From: Acanthaster planci
Lineage: Eukaryota
Direction of reading: 5' to 3'
DNA length: 62,000 nt
Assembly: GCF_001949145.1 (NCBI RefSeq)
Contig: NW_019091402.1
Coordinates: 2,108,001-2,170,000 of the forward strand
This document shows, in pieces, positions 36,301 through 46,766 of the stretch. A program made the position numbers and the translations under genes. A model generated the notes under the pieces. The model ran no database searches and was not told the DNA's origin. It saw only the letters and a program-made list of their open reading frames with translations. How positions within the stretch are numbered: the first letter of the stretch is position 1; each line of letters starts with the position of its first letter.

Positions 36301-39300
36301 GTCACAAGCTGTTGTACTTACTCAACGCCCTAAAGAGATAACTACAATCATATCACAGTATAAGGCGCAAAGTCTATGTAACAATATAGCACATATATAT
36401 CATCATTAACCCTGCTCACTGGGCTCACAACATCTGAACATTTCTAGACCATCTCAGTTCCCTCCAGAGTACAGACAATTCCGGTAACCATGGTAACACC
36501 ATCATTGGTTAATTGCAATGGCCCCCTTTAATGGCGGTAAGCACTGACAGCTATCTGACGGAGTCACTCTTCTGTGACAGTTGTTAAGTTAAAAACCCAA
36601 CACATTTTTGACCACCAGTGACGGGAGCCATCAGGCGTGTCGAGTGCAATGTCAGTGGATTCGTCTATAACAGCCTGATGCTGGAACTTCAGGCCCAAAA
36701 TGCTGGACATGATAACCACATGAAATTAATAGAGCAATCTTTAAAAGGCTAAGTCTTCCTCATAGTTGGATTGGATTGGATTGGATTGGATTGCATTGGA
36801 TTGGATTGGATTGGATTGCATTGCATTGCATTGGATTGCATTGGATTGGATTGGATTGCATTGGATTGGATTGGACTGGATTGGATTGGGTTGGGTTGGA
36901 TTGGATTGGGTTGGATTGGATTGCATTGGATTGGATTGGATTGGATTGCATTGCATTGCATTGGATTGCATTGGATTGGATTGCATTGGATTGGATTGGA
37001 TTGGACTGGATTGGGTTGGATTGGATTGGGTTGGGTTGGATTGGATTGGATTGGATTGGATTGGATTGAATCACTGAACAGTATGCTGGGGTTTGGGGTT
37101 CGTGTTCTGAGGTTTTTTCCTCCTTTATATTTTTCCTTTTTCATCAGAACATGAAGCAACTGTGGTCTGAGGTTATACCTGAGCTGCCATTTGTTCCTCT
37201 TCCAGGAAGTTTCGATAGACTTGGTTGAGCTTGTCAAACATCCTAGCGATGATCGCTAGGCTACACTGTTGCCCTGGCAACAAGACTGGAAACATGGGGA
37301 AAAAAATTAACTTTTATGAATAGAACCCCACAGGTAAGGGAGAAAAAGTGAACGTGTTGAATTATGAAGAACGTGTCTACTTTTTTAAAAATGCACATTG
37401 AACGCAATTCTTACGATGCACCTTATGCATTCTTCCTGTTCTGAATTTCAATCCTGTGTGTCTTACTGACCATGACCACGATCCTCTGTGCTTTACTGTG
37501 ATAAAGGCTATTTATAACCAGCAATACAACCATGCCCCTGGGCCTGGTTCCAAATGGTCAACTAGACAAGCCAACATTCTACCAGCCAAATGACGCTGGT
37601 CAAACTATGGTAAACTATCACTGCCGCTCAAACTTGCCACAAGATTAACCAATTGCAGGACAAAAGCGTGGGAACTGTGCAGCAAGAGATGAAACTTGAT
37701 CAGCCTTTTTCAGTCTTTGTACCCACCTTGCTTGCAGACGGACAGAATCACTTTCTTGCTCTCTTTCCTCAGAAGCAGGAAGTCGATCAAACGGCACTGC
37801 AAATGAAATGCGACATTTTGAACATCAGATCAACAATTTATCGGTTGCGACACAAATTGATGTATACGATTTGGTGCACCAGGAAGTGATGTACCATCCA
37901 TAGACGTTGTACACACCATACAATTTACGCAGAAATACACCACCAGCTCCCAGGACTTACTTTCGTTCAATATGCTATAAAGTCAACACCCTGAGACAAA
38001 CTTGCATTGTTTGGGACTATCTTACTTTGTCTGGGATCATCATTCCTTGTCTGGGATCATCTTCCTTTGTCGAGGCTCAACTTACCTTGTCTGGGATCAT
38101 CGTGACCAATGGCTCCAGTCTGAGGTGTACATGCCACAAGCAACCCAGTCGGGCGTCAATCACGGTGTTGGGCTGAAACACCACCCAGTTGGGGGAGTCT
38201 GGGTACCAGATGCTACATTTAAGAAAATCTTCCAGCACAAGATATTTTCATATTATAAGTCAGAAGTGGCGATGGTGACTTTGAACTCATTTTGTTAGGT
38301 CGTGGACAAATTTCTTTGCCATAAGTCTAGAATCAGCACATCTGCTGAGAATTTTCACACCTGTATGCCCTACTGCAAGTCTTAGGAGTGTGTAATGCAA
38401 AATGCCTACAGTCCCCGCCCACGATCATTCCAAGGTCGTACATAAAGGATACACAGGTCAACACTGACCTCGCGCATCTCAAATCCCGTCTGCGTAGGTA
38501 TCCCAGGAACCCTCAGCTTGATGGGCCTGATGGGTAATGGTGCCAGAACTGGATGGTGGTAGCTAACATAACCGTCGTTCTCGGTCGCCGGAAGCCGGAT
38601 GTCAAATATCATGGATGTCTGTCAAAACCGGGTTATTTGTTCTTCAGTATATATGTAATCCAAACTAAGCAATCTATCTTCAGTTTCATCAGTAAAGTTG
38701 CAACCAAATTTTGCTATGATTAAGTTTGGAACAATACAGATTGATTTTACAAGGGAAAGTCTCAAAGTAACTACCTTTGATTCATAACTGATCCTCACTT
38801 AAGATGCATCCTTACTAACGCATCTTCCTAGCACAGCTATACCTGAAATAACTCAGACTTCCTGAAAGTGACGTTTGGTGACAATACCAATGTAGGAATA
38901 ATTAGAAGAAACGAGATATTTCTTCCTCAAAGTTAAGGAATCTTTAGGTTCAGGTTTGTAAGCATTCATTGCTAGGAGCACCGCACAAGCTTAGTTAGCA
39001 TCAGTGTGACTAATGGAGAGATAACACTTTTTCATTTAAACATATCATCCCTTTGGGCCACACACTAGGTACGAGCACTGGTTCAGGTATGAACAGTGGG
39101 CAAGGCTAATGGCTTCTTTTCATCTGAATGCGCACAATGGCAATACCATCCAATTGTCAGCTCAGCTTCTCATCTCAATAAGCAGGGATTCCTGTGCACA
39201 TGGACCATGATCGGTTTACAATTTTCAAAGTCTCCTAACTCCAGACTTGCATGCTGTACATTGTACGCTCTACAAAGACGGGGAAATTTCTCAGCAACTC

Positions 39301-42300
39301 CCATTGAGAAATACACATGTCTGGGACAGAGAACAGATTGCGTTTAGTGCGTGTAAGTCGGTGCATGGCCGAACCGGCAGGGCCGACCCCTCACATACTG
39401 ATGTCCTCAAATGACCTCAAGACACATTCCGTTTTGAGCATGTACTGTTGAAACAGAGACATCTGAGTCTCTCTCTCTGTCGTCAGAGAGGGGGATATTT
39501 GCTGAGTGTAGGGATCTACAACATTTCACCGAATGCAGGACTCACCTTTGAGGCTTGATGGTGCACGACAACCAAGTTATCCTGCAAAAAAAGCAAACCG
39601 TCACGTTTGAAAATTTGTTTAACCTCTGCTCATCAAACAAATGTTACAAACTAAGAACAGAACTACTAGACTAAGGCCTGATCTCGTGGATCTGCAAAGA
39701 AATTTAACTTGCATATATTATAACCTAACCGAAGAAAAGGTTAATGGCTCAATGCTTCTGACTTGACCATGTTGACTGGTTATTTATTTGTGACTAGACT
39801 TGCCATGGACTAAGGCCTCCATAAGCTAAAACAATGGTCTGAGCCGAGGGCGGATTCACGACAAATATTTCAGGAGGACCAAATTTGGGGGGTTGGGGTT
39901 AGGGAAAGGGGGGAATTTGGAAATCTTTTACGTGCCTTTTATGGCTCTTTCTGAGGAGTGAGACTAAATTTGGGGGACTTTTCACTCGTTTTTTTTAAGG
40001 CAAATGAAATAGATAAAAAAATTCACCGGTCATTATTTTTCAAAACAAAATTTTTCCGGGTTCTCTTAAGGAGGCCTTGACCCCCCAGTGGCACCCCCCT
40101 TTGATCCGCCCATGGTCTGGGCAAAGCATGAATTGTGATGAGCAAACTAGCACTTACGACAACATTGACAGCAAAGCGACCAGACATGTTCAGTTTCAGG
40201 ACATCCGTCTTCTTGGCGGGTGATTCCCTGATAACGGAAGGCAAATGATTCAATAAAAAATACAAAATATATATTTCTTCTGGTAAGAATGACTCTGTCA
40301 TCACAACCTGGATCCTTATGAATAGGAAGACACACATGGAGAACGATCAAATGTTGTTGTAGAGAAGACACTCCAAACGGAATAATAACATAATTCTCAT
40401 TCTTAGGCTACTTGCAGAGCAATCAACAAGACTGTCATTTGGCAGTCCACAAACCAATCAAAACTGTCACATGACAGGTCGTGATCCAATCAGAACTGTC
40501 ACATGACAAGTCATGAACCAATCAAAACTGTCACATGACAGGTCATGAACCAATCAGAACTGTCACATGACAGGCCACGAACCAATCAGAACTGTCACGT
40601 TACAGGTTGTGAACCAATCAAAACTGTCACATGACACGTCATGAACCAATCAGAACTGTCATATGATAGACCCCGACCAATCAGACCTTTATTAATGTAA
40701 CAAACCCTCAAACAATTAGAACTCTCATGTGACAGATCCTTAACCAATCACAACCATCACATGACCGATCACCAACCAATCAGAACTGCACTCTAATCAG
40801 TATCAAGGAACAAAACTTACTTTTGTAGCTGATAGAGAACAATCTCAGCTCCTTTGCTACTGGGACCTCTAGGCTGGTGCCGCAGGACAACGATGTATAA
40901 ATGGCCATAACTAAAGAAGAAAATGCTCAAATGTAAACAGAGGGAACAGAAGGACCATTTTAAATGCAAAAGACCTTATTCACGGGGAAGCCATTTGTAT
41001 CTTGTTCCTTGAATCCATCATATTTTATGTAATCTGCTAAACGGGGTGGTGCCAGACTATTGTGGGTTCCAAACCTCACTTTCATTTTTGTATACACGCC
41101 TCAAAATATCTTGATATAATCATCATCAATTTTAAACTATCCTAAACAAAAGCTGGCACGAATTTGTCGAAACTTTGATTTCCTGATTGTTATTTTACTC
41201 TCAGGTTCCGAAAATAAAAAAAGTTTTACTTCACTTTTAATTCAAGAAGCCGACACATGAATACCGTCTATTCAAAGTTCCTTTCACAACTGTAACCATT
41301 ATACACACAATTAGGCCGTTTTCCAATATTCAACTTCGTGTCTGTCTCGGGCTTCGTGTGGGAAACCAATCCTCAATTGTGGGCCTGAAGCATTTAACTT
41401 AAATTTAAGTACCGTAATGTTTGGCTCTTTTGCATCTTACTTGATGTTTTGTGGCACTATCAGACTTACTATTGCACTTATGACCTCAAAGTCAGGAAGT
41501 AAAAAACAGTTGAAGCCTGAGACGGAGCCCAAGTCGAGTATTGGAAAACAGCCTTGGTAGGATTATAACTTCTTTGTGTCAACCTCAAAAGGTTACTGCA
41601 TTGATCCAATCACATGGAAGTACTTGCAGCAAAGTATCCTCTTCAAAGACACAAGGTCCAAAGATCACCAACAACATTCACAACCTCTCTCGCGAGATTG
41701 GACCCGGTTATTATTTTTCCAGATTTCAACTTTTTTTCCACACTTACAGATTTGCGATGGTGACATCTCGCTCCAGGAGGCAGAGTTTGGCTGGCTTGGG
41801 GACCTGCGGCAAGTCCACATCAAACTTTGCCATCTTGATGACGGTGCTAGCCTATGTTACCAAACAACACATTTTCAATTTGAAGCAAATGTAATTATGT
41901 ATATAATATATGGCCCTGACAGTCCCAAATCCTACAATTTCAATATGATTTTTCCATACACCATTGGCAGTTAGGGGAAGTAGAGTAGAGGATTTCCAAC
42001 AAAACAGTGTACAGTAGGCATTACTTTGCTAGTCAACACTGTTAAAACCAGTTCGTTCTTTAAGTGGTTTGGAAAGCCAAGCGAATTTGCAGTGAATTTC
42101 ACATTAGTTGAAATGCATTCCACATGTGCGAATCTACAGCATCCATATTTGATCAGACGTCACAAAATTGGGTTTGTGGTTGGCTTCGTGCCAAGCATGA
42201 ATTGGCCTTTATATTGCTCAACAAAATTACATTGAAAAGAATTTCAACAAAACCTTGCCTAAAGAGAGAAAATGAATTTATCACGCTTGATTACTCTTAC

Positions 42301-45300
42301 TGCAGTAATATAAACTCATACTGACTGCCTGACTGGCACTGCAGTAACAGTAAAAAATATTGACTAAAACTGCAGTAACAGTAACGAATATTGCATGGCA
42401 CTGCAGTAATATAAACATATATTGACTGACACTGCAGTAATAGTACAAATACTGACTGGCACCGCAGTGAAAGTAAAAAATATTGACTGACACTGCAGTA
42501 ATAGAAACGACTATTGACTGGCACTGCAGTAATATAAACATATACTGACTGACACTGCAGTAATATAAACACACACTGACTGACACTGCAGTAATAGTAC
42601 AAATATTGACTGGCACGGCAGCGATAGTAAAAAATATTGACTGACACTGCAGTAATAGTAGCAAATATTGACTAGCACTGCAGTAAATACAAACACATAT
42701 CAACAGGCACTGCTGAAAAATCAGTTTGTGGGACTCGGTCGCTTATATGTACTGCAGGTGTAACATGAAACACCAGTACATTAGTATTTCAATGCAAAAG
42801 CTTACCTTAAAGTGGAACGGATTGAGTACATTGCCTAGTGTTGATGAAGACAGCAGCAGCAGAGAGCTGTCAGCCTGGACAACACAGAATGTTACAGATA
42901 GTAAGAGATTTTGCTGCAAAGACAGTAGTCTCCGACTTTGCACCTAAACGTCATTATGGTCGTTGCCTGCATCAACTGCATGCTTCAACCAATGCAATGA
43001 GTACCACTGCTATCTATTGAAAGCGAGTAACTCCAGAAGACACACATTGAAAAGGGGCTTTCAAGAGCCTGACTGAAGCAACTATCGTACTCAAATACTT
43101 TTCGAACCAAAGAACTGATTTTACAACCCATCAGGCCTATTTTTCACATCCGTCAAAATGTGCACTTGATCTGAACACATAATGTAAAATGAAAGAATGC
43201 AAGATGTGATCATTTTCTGCAATGGATTCTGTATTTAATGGATCACAACCTTTCACTGAAAAATATTCTGCTAGGATCAAAATAACAGGCTCTTAAACTT
43301 TTTTGACTGTGAGGTTGAAAGAGGCCTCTCGCGTGGCTCTGACGTTGAAGATGCCATCTTAGCCTATCACTTACAAAGAAGACGAACCAGTTGACACTGA
43401 TGTTGATGTTCTTGAGAGACTTTAGCGTCTTCTTCTCGGGGATAACCTGGTACAGCTCCAAGCCGTGGTCGGTGATGAAGACCACCTCGTTGATATTGGT
43501 CCAGTTGAAGCCAATAATCTTGGTGTTTTTACCCTAATTGTATCAGCCAACAGAATAGAGGAACAGAACCTTAAGTCACGTCTGACTTGCTTGGCAATGC
43601 AGCAACAATATGTGTAAATATGCGTACACGTGTACGAAAGTCACTTGGGTCCTTTCAAAGAATTTTTATCAGGCGCACTTTTTCTGCAACTTTTATTCCT
43701 CTTCAATAAACAACTGTTTGGTCTTCTGTTTGGGCTAGCTGTATTGAAGAGAGCGGTTTTTCAACTTTCAAATTTGTGGACAACTGATGAGGGCGCTGTT
43801 GCCGTGATGTCATTCTGGGAAGACACTTTTCAGGTTTCAATGCTTTTGTGTTCAATTATCAACTCAAAATTTGTTCAAATAAAGCATTTTGAGAAAGGTA
43901 TGGTAGTTTTGCACTGCTGGCATTGACAAAATACTAAACAACATACATTTCAAACAAACTCCAACAAATTAATAATTAATAATTTATAATACCTTTAATG
44001 GTGTAAAGAAATACAATACAATATCCTGAATTTTTCTTTTTAAATACTACCTTACAACTCTGGGAGTACTCTGTCAAATCCATCTGATTGGAAAAATTCA
44101 TGAATTCCTGAAATGAAACCCAAAATTGCAACATAACAGTAACCTTTCATGAAGTGTGCTGCCTAGTGGTCTAGGGTGATGACTCCACATCAGTGGGTAA
44201 GGGTTCAAACCCAGGTAGCTATCACTGTGTCCCTGGGCAAGATATTTTACTCAAACTTGTCTCATTCCGTCAGTATTAAAACCGAGGAATAAATTGTGCA
44301 TGGACTGCCATACATTCTGTACATTTTCAACTAGTCCAGGCCAAGTCCAAGCTAATTTTTTCGGGGCGGTAACGTACAGAGCATCACAACATTAAAATTT
44401 CCTAACCACTAACAAAATACACTGAATGTCCCCTTTTATAACATGCTTGAAATTATGTGTAACCCCAGGGTCTTTCAATAACGCAAACATCAAGTGCAAT
44501 ACATCCAAAGCACAGAAGAAAAATGCTCTTTGAAAATTAGCGCTGAGAACCTCAAACAAGGCTGAAGGAATACTCCGTTTTTGAACTAGTGAAACTTTGT
44601 CGGCTACAAAGTGGGTACATTCAGTCAGATTTTGTTTTCCACATGGGATCCATCTCAATCTCACGTTTATTTAGTAAGGATAATCAAAATATGTTATCAT
44701 CAGTCAAAGTCCAAATTCTTGGCTGGGAGAACCCTTGAGATCATCCCGCGGCAGGGTACACAGTATGAAATGATTAGTACACGACGGAAAATATAGGTAA
44801 TTCTGTGGAAGTACGGAGAAAGAAACAGCACCGGTTTGGTGTGGAGTAGTCTGCAGGGGGGGGACTTTTGTTCAAATATCAAAAACTTCTTATCAAATAT
44901 CAAAAGAAATCAAGAAGGGATCAGGGTGGGTGATGGTGATAAACAAGCAATTAAGTTTGATCCGCCTAACTGAAATGGAGAAAATTTTGACAGGTGTGAC
45001 ACCTGCGTACCACTGTCTTCTGTGACCTCTGAATGGCTAAAATTTTCAGGTCGTAGGAAAACTTGATCGAGATGACGGGCCCCTTGTCTTCCATTCTGAA
45101 TGTGGTGCTGGTTCTCTCATCCGGGCCCCTGACCACCACGCCAAGAGCTCCGCCCGAGCGGACCGCAAAGACCTAAATGCATAAGCAAGAAAAAAGGAAT
45201 GCCCAACGAACACGAGTAACGAGTTGAGAAAAAAAATTCTATACATCCCAAAAGCTAAGAAGACAATTAAACCCTGTTGCTGGCTACTTGGCTACGAAGT

Positions 45301-46766
45301 CTGAAGGTCTGGGCAGTCAACTGTCACTCCATACCCAGCAGGCTGAGAGGCTGTGATGCACGAGGGGTGGGGCATGCTGCAATTGAGCCAAAGATTGTTT
45401 CAAAACAGGGAAGTAAAGGCCAAGAGTTCCATACATGGTCATCCCTTGACACCCTGTATACAACCCTTGGAGACTGGTCAGAAAAGTACATTTTCTGAAT
45501 AAATGGTTGGATATTTTCCCTGCTCAATTTGACCCAATATTATTACTCTCTGATGCTGGATATACCACTGTCATGGCTGTAGAATAAAATTAGTGGCGTC
45601 CTTACTCTTCCTGATTGGCTGACGCTAACATAGATTGAATATTTGTCTTCCAAAAGCACTGGCATACGTGTACATACACATGTACATGTAGAGACGCTGC
45701 CCTTGCTGTGCCTAGGACGGGGATTTTTTCCCCTCAAAACTCAAAGCTATGAAAGTGAAATCCTGACGTCGGGGTGGGAGGAGGAGGCGGGAGGTACCCC
45801 ACAACTGCCGGTCGGGTTCATCGTCTACTCATGGGAACGTGGTACACGATGAACCCCATAGCGCTGGGGGTGAGAGAGAGGGCAGTTTGGGAATGGGGTC
45901 GGGAAGACACGGAAGACAACATTAACCCTCCTATGCTGAAGTCACTCTTTGGGTCACTTGGTAAACACCTCAAAGAAGCACAGCTGTGTCGTGTTGTGCA
46001 CTGCACCAACATGCAAGAGAGTGACCTTGGGCACTGGTGCATATTTGTGCTGTAAAACTAAAGGAGGGTAAAGTTCCTGATCCAGGACGCCTACTCTGTG
46101 CATAATATGCCCATCATTGCCAGCACTCAGCACTAGTAATGGTGATCTGAAACCAGCCTGACCTGCCGACGGCATACGGTTTCTTAATGCACGGAGGTAG
46201 GGAAAGAACAAACACCCAATCCATCATTATTGCCATCATCATGCTCATGTACATTCTCACGGTCAGGATGACATCACTGAGTATTGGTTCTTCTCTCTGA
46301 TTGGTCAGTTAGTGGCTGTTCCATGTCACTTGGGACTCAAACTTTCAAAGCTGCGAGGGCCAAAAATCGTTTCGTCATCTTAGGCCCCTGGGGGAAAATT
46401 TGAATTATTGACCAAACTCTTCATCTTTACACCAAATATGCCTGAAATTTCACTGTTTATGTGCTATGAATATCTGCCCCCTTGCTGAAAAGGTTACGGT
46501 TATTTTTATTGAATTGCAGCAAAAGATGAGGAAAACATCCAAATCTATGTATTCTGTACAAAGTGCGATTAAAATGGAACAACCTCCAATCGCAAGAGTA
46601 TATTTCCCTTTTCGCCACTCAGATGCCATAGATTTACACACATTTCTCTGCCACTCCTCACCTGGCGTTTGACTTCATCGTAGAAGACATTTGTTGCTTT
46701 GCTTATCGGTTCAAATCGAACGGGATTTGACGACAGCTCAATATAAAAGTTGTGTTCCTCCACCAT
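33398..46766 (-). CDS. RMC1: Regulator of MON1-CCZ1 complex (C18orf8/MIC1); 17 exons, about 659 aa
   Basis: Exons in transcript order: 46662-46766, 45011-45172 (VFAVRSGGALGVVVRGPD), 44051-44107, 43375-43533, 42806-42874, 41748-41851, 40821-40910, 40158-40227, 39546-39581 (DNLVVVHHQASK), 38453-38618, 38086-38198, 37727-37796, 37179-37285, 35397-35594, 34607-34780 (LHQFLQYHVLSDSKPIACLLLSLESCYPPAHQLALDMLK), 33876-34101 (ANEEIVEVLLSK..SARKFLDAA), 33398-33471. Total 1980 nt with all phases consistent; colinear with recalled human C18orf8 from start to end. Confidence 0.96.
36520..36630. mobile_element. Short TIR element, copy 1 (copy 2 at 49380-49492)
   Basis: GGCCCCCTTTAATGGCGGTA..GACAGCTAT..TTCTGTGACAG..GACCACCA is shared by both loci; ends are imperfect inverted repeats. 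Confidence 0.6.
36766..37070. repeat. Pentanucleotide microsatellite (TTGGA)n with TTGCA and TTGGG variants, about 61 units
   Basis: Directly visible; explains the low-complexity ORFs at 36741-37237. Confidence 0.98.
38199..38452 (-). other. U12-type (minor spliceosome) GT-AG intron in RMC1 (intron 10)
   Basis: Donor T|GTATCCTTTA matches the U12 5' splice-site consensus. The 3' end TTTTCTTAAATGTAGCATCTGGTACCCAG| has a U12 branch-like TTCTTAA about 20 nt upstream and no pyrimidine tract. The phase-1 join restores ..DLY/SPNWVVFQP. Confidence 0.85.
39845..40114. mobile_element. hAT-like MITE with 8-bp TSD
   Basis: GTCTGAGC|CGAGGGCGGATT ... GATCCGCCCATG|GTCTGGGC; TSD matches at 7/8. Confidence 0.7.
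40452..40790. repeat. Tandem array, about 11 copies of a 32-bp unit AACCAATCAGAACTGTCACATGACAGGTCATG, in RMC1 intron 7
   Basis: Seven well-preserved units followed by degenerate ones; directly visible. Confidence 0.92.
41313..41554. mobile_element. Harbinger-like MITE with about 45-bp TIRs
   Basis: AGGCCGTTTTCCAATATTCAACTTCGTGTCTGTCTCGGGCTTC ... GAAGCCTGAGACGGAGCCCAAGTCGAGTATTGGAAAACAGCCT. Confidence 0.75.
42297..42715. repeat. Minisatellite, about 13 copies of a 30-31 bp unit (ACTGCAGTAATAGTAAAAATATTGACTGAC) in RMC1 intron 5
   Basis: Visible tandem units; explain the repetitive ORFs at 42281-42703. Confidence 0.92.
44153..44290 (+). mobile_element. tRNA-derived SINE 5' part
   Basis: TGCCTAGTGGTCTAGG (A box), GGTTCAAACCC (B box), then TGTGTCCCTGGGCAAGATATTT, similar to the 18385-18700 copy. 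Confidence 0.6.

Noticed and set aside
36322..36329. Possible 8-nt RMC1 microexon (ctttag|GGCGTTGA|gtaagt)
   Set aside because: It would shift the frame between two phase-0 exons that already join correctly.
36741..37237. Low-complexity ORFs (QSNPI and DWIGL repeats)
   Set aside because: These are translations of the (TTGGA)n microsatellite in an RMC1 intron.
42281..42703. Cys/Tyr-rich repetitive ORFs
   Set aside because: These are translations of the 30-31 bp minisatellite.
44153..44225. tRNA gene
   Set aside because: A and B boxes are present but there is no acceptor stem or cloverleaf, and it continues into a SINE body.
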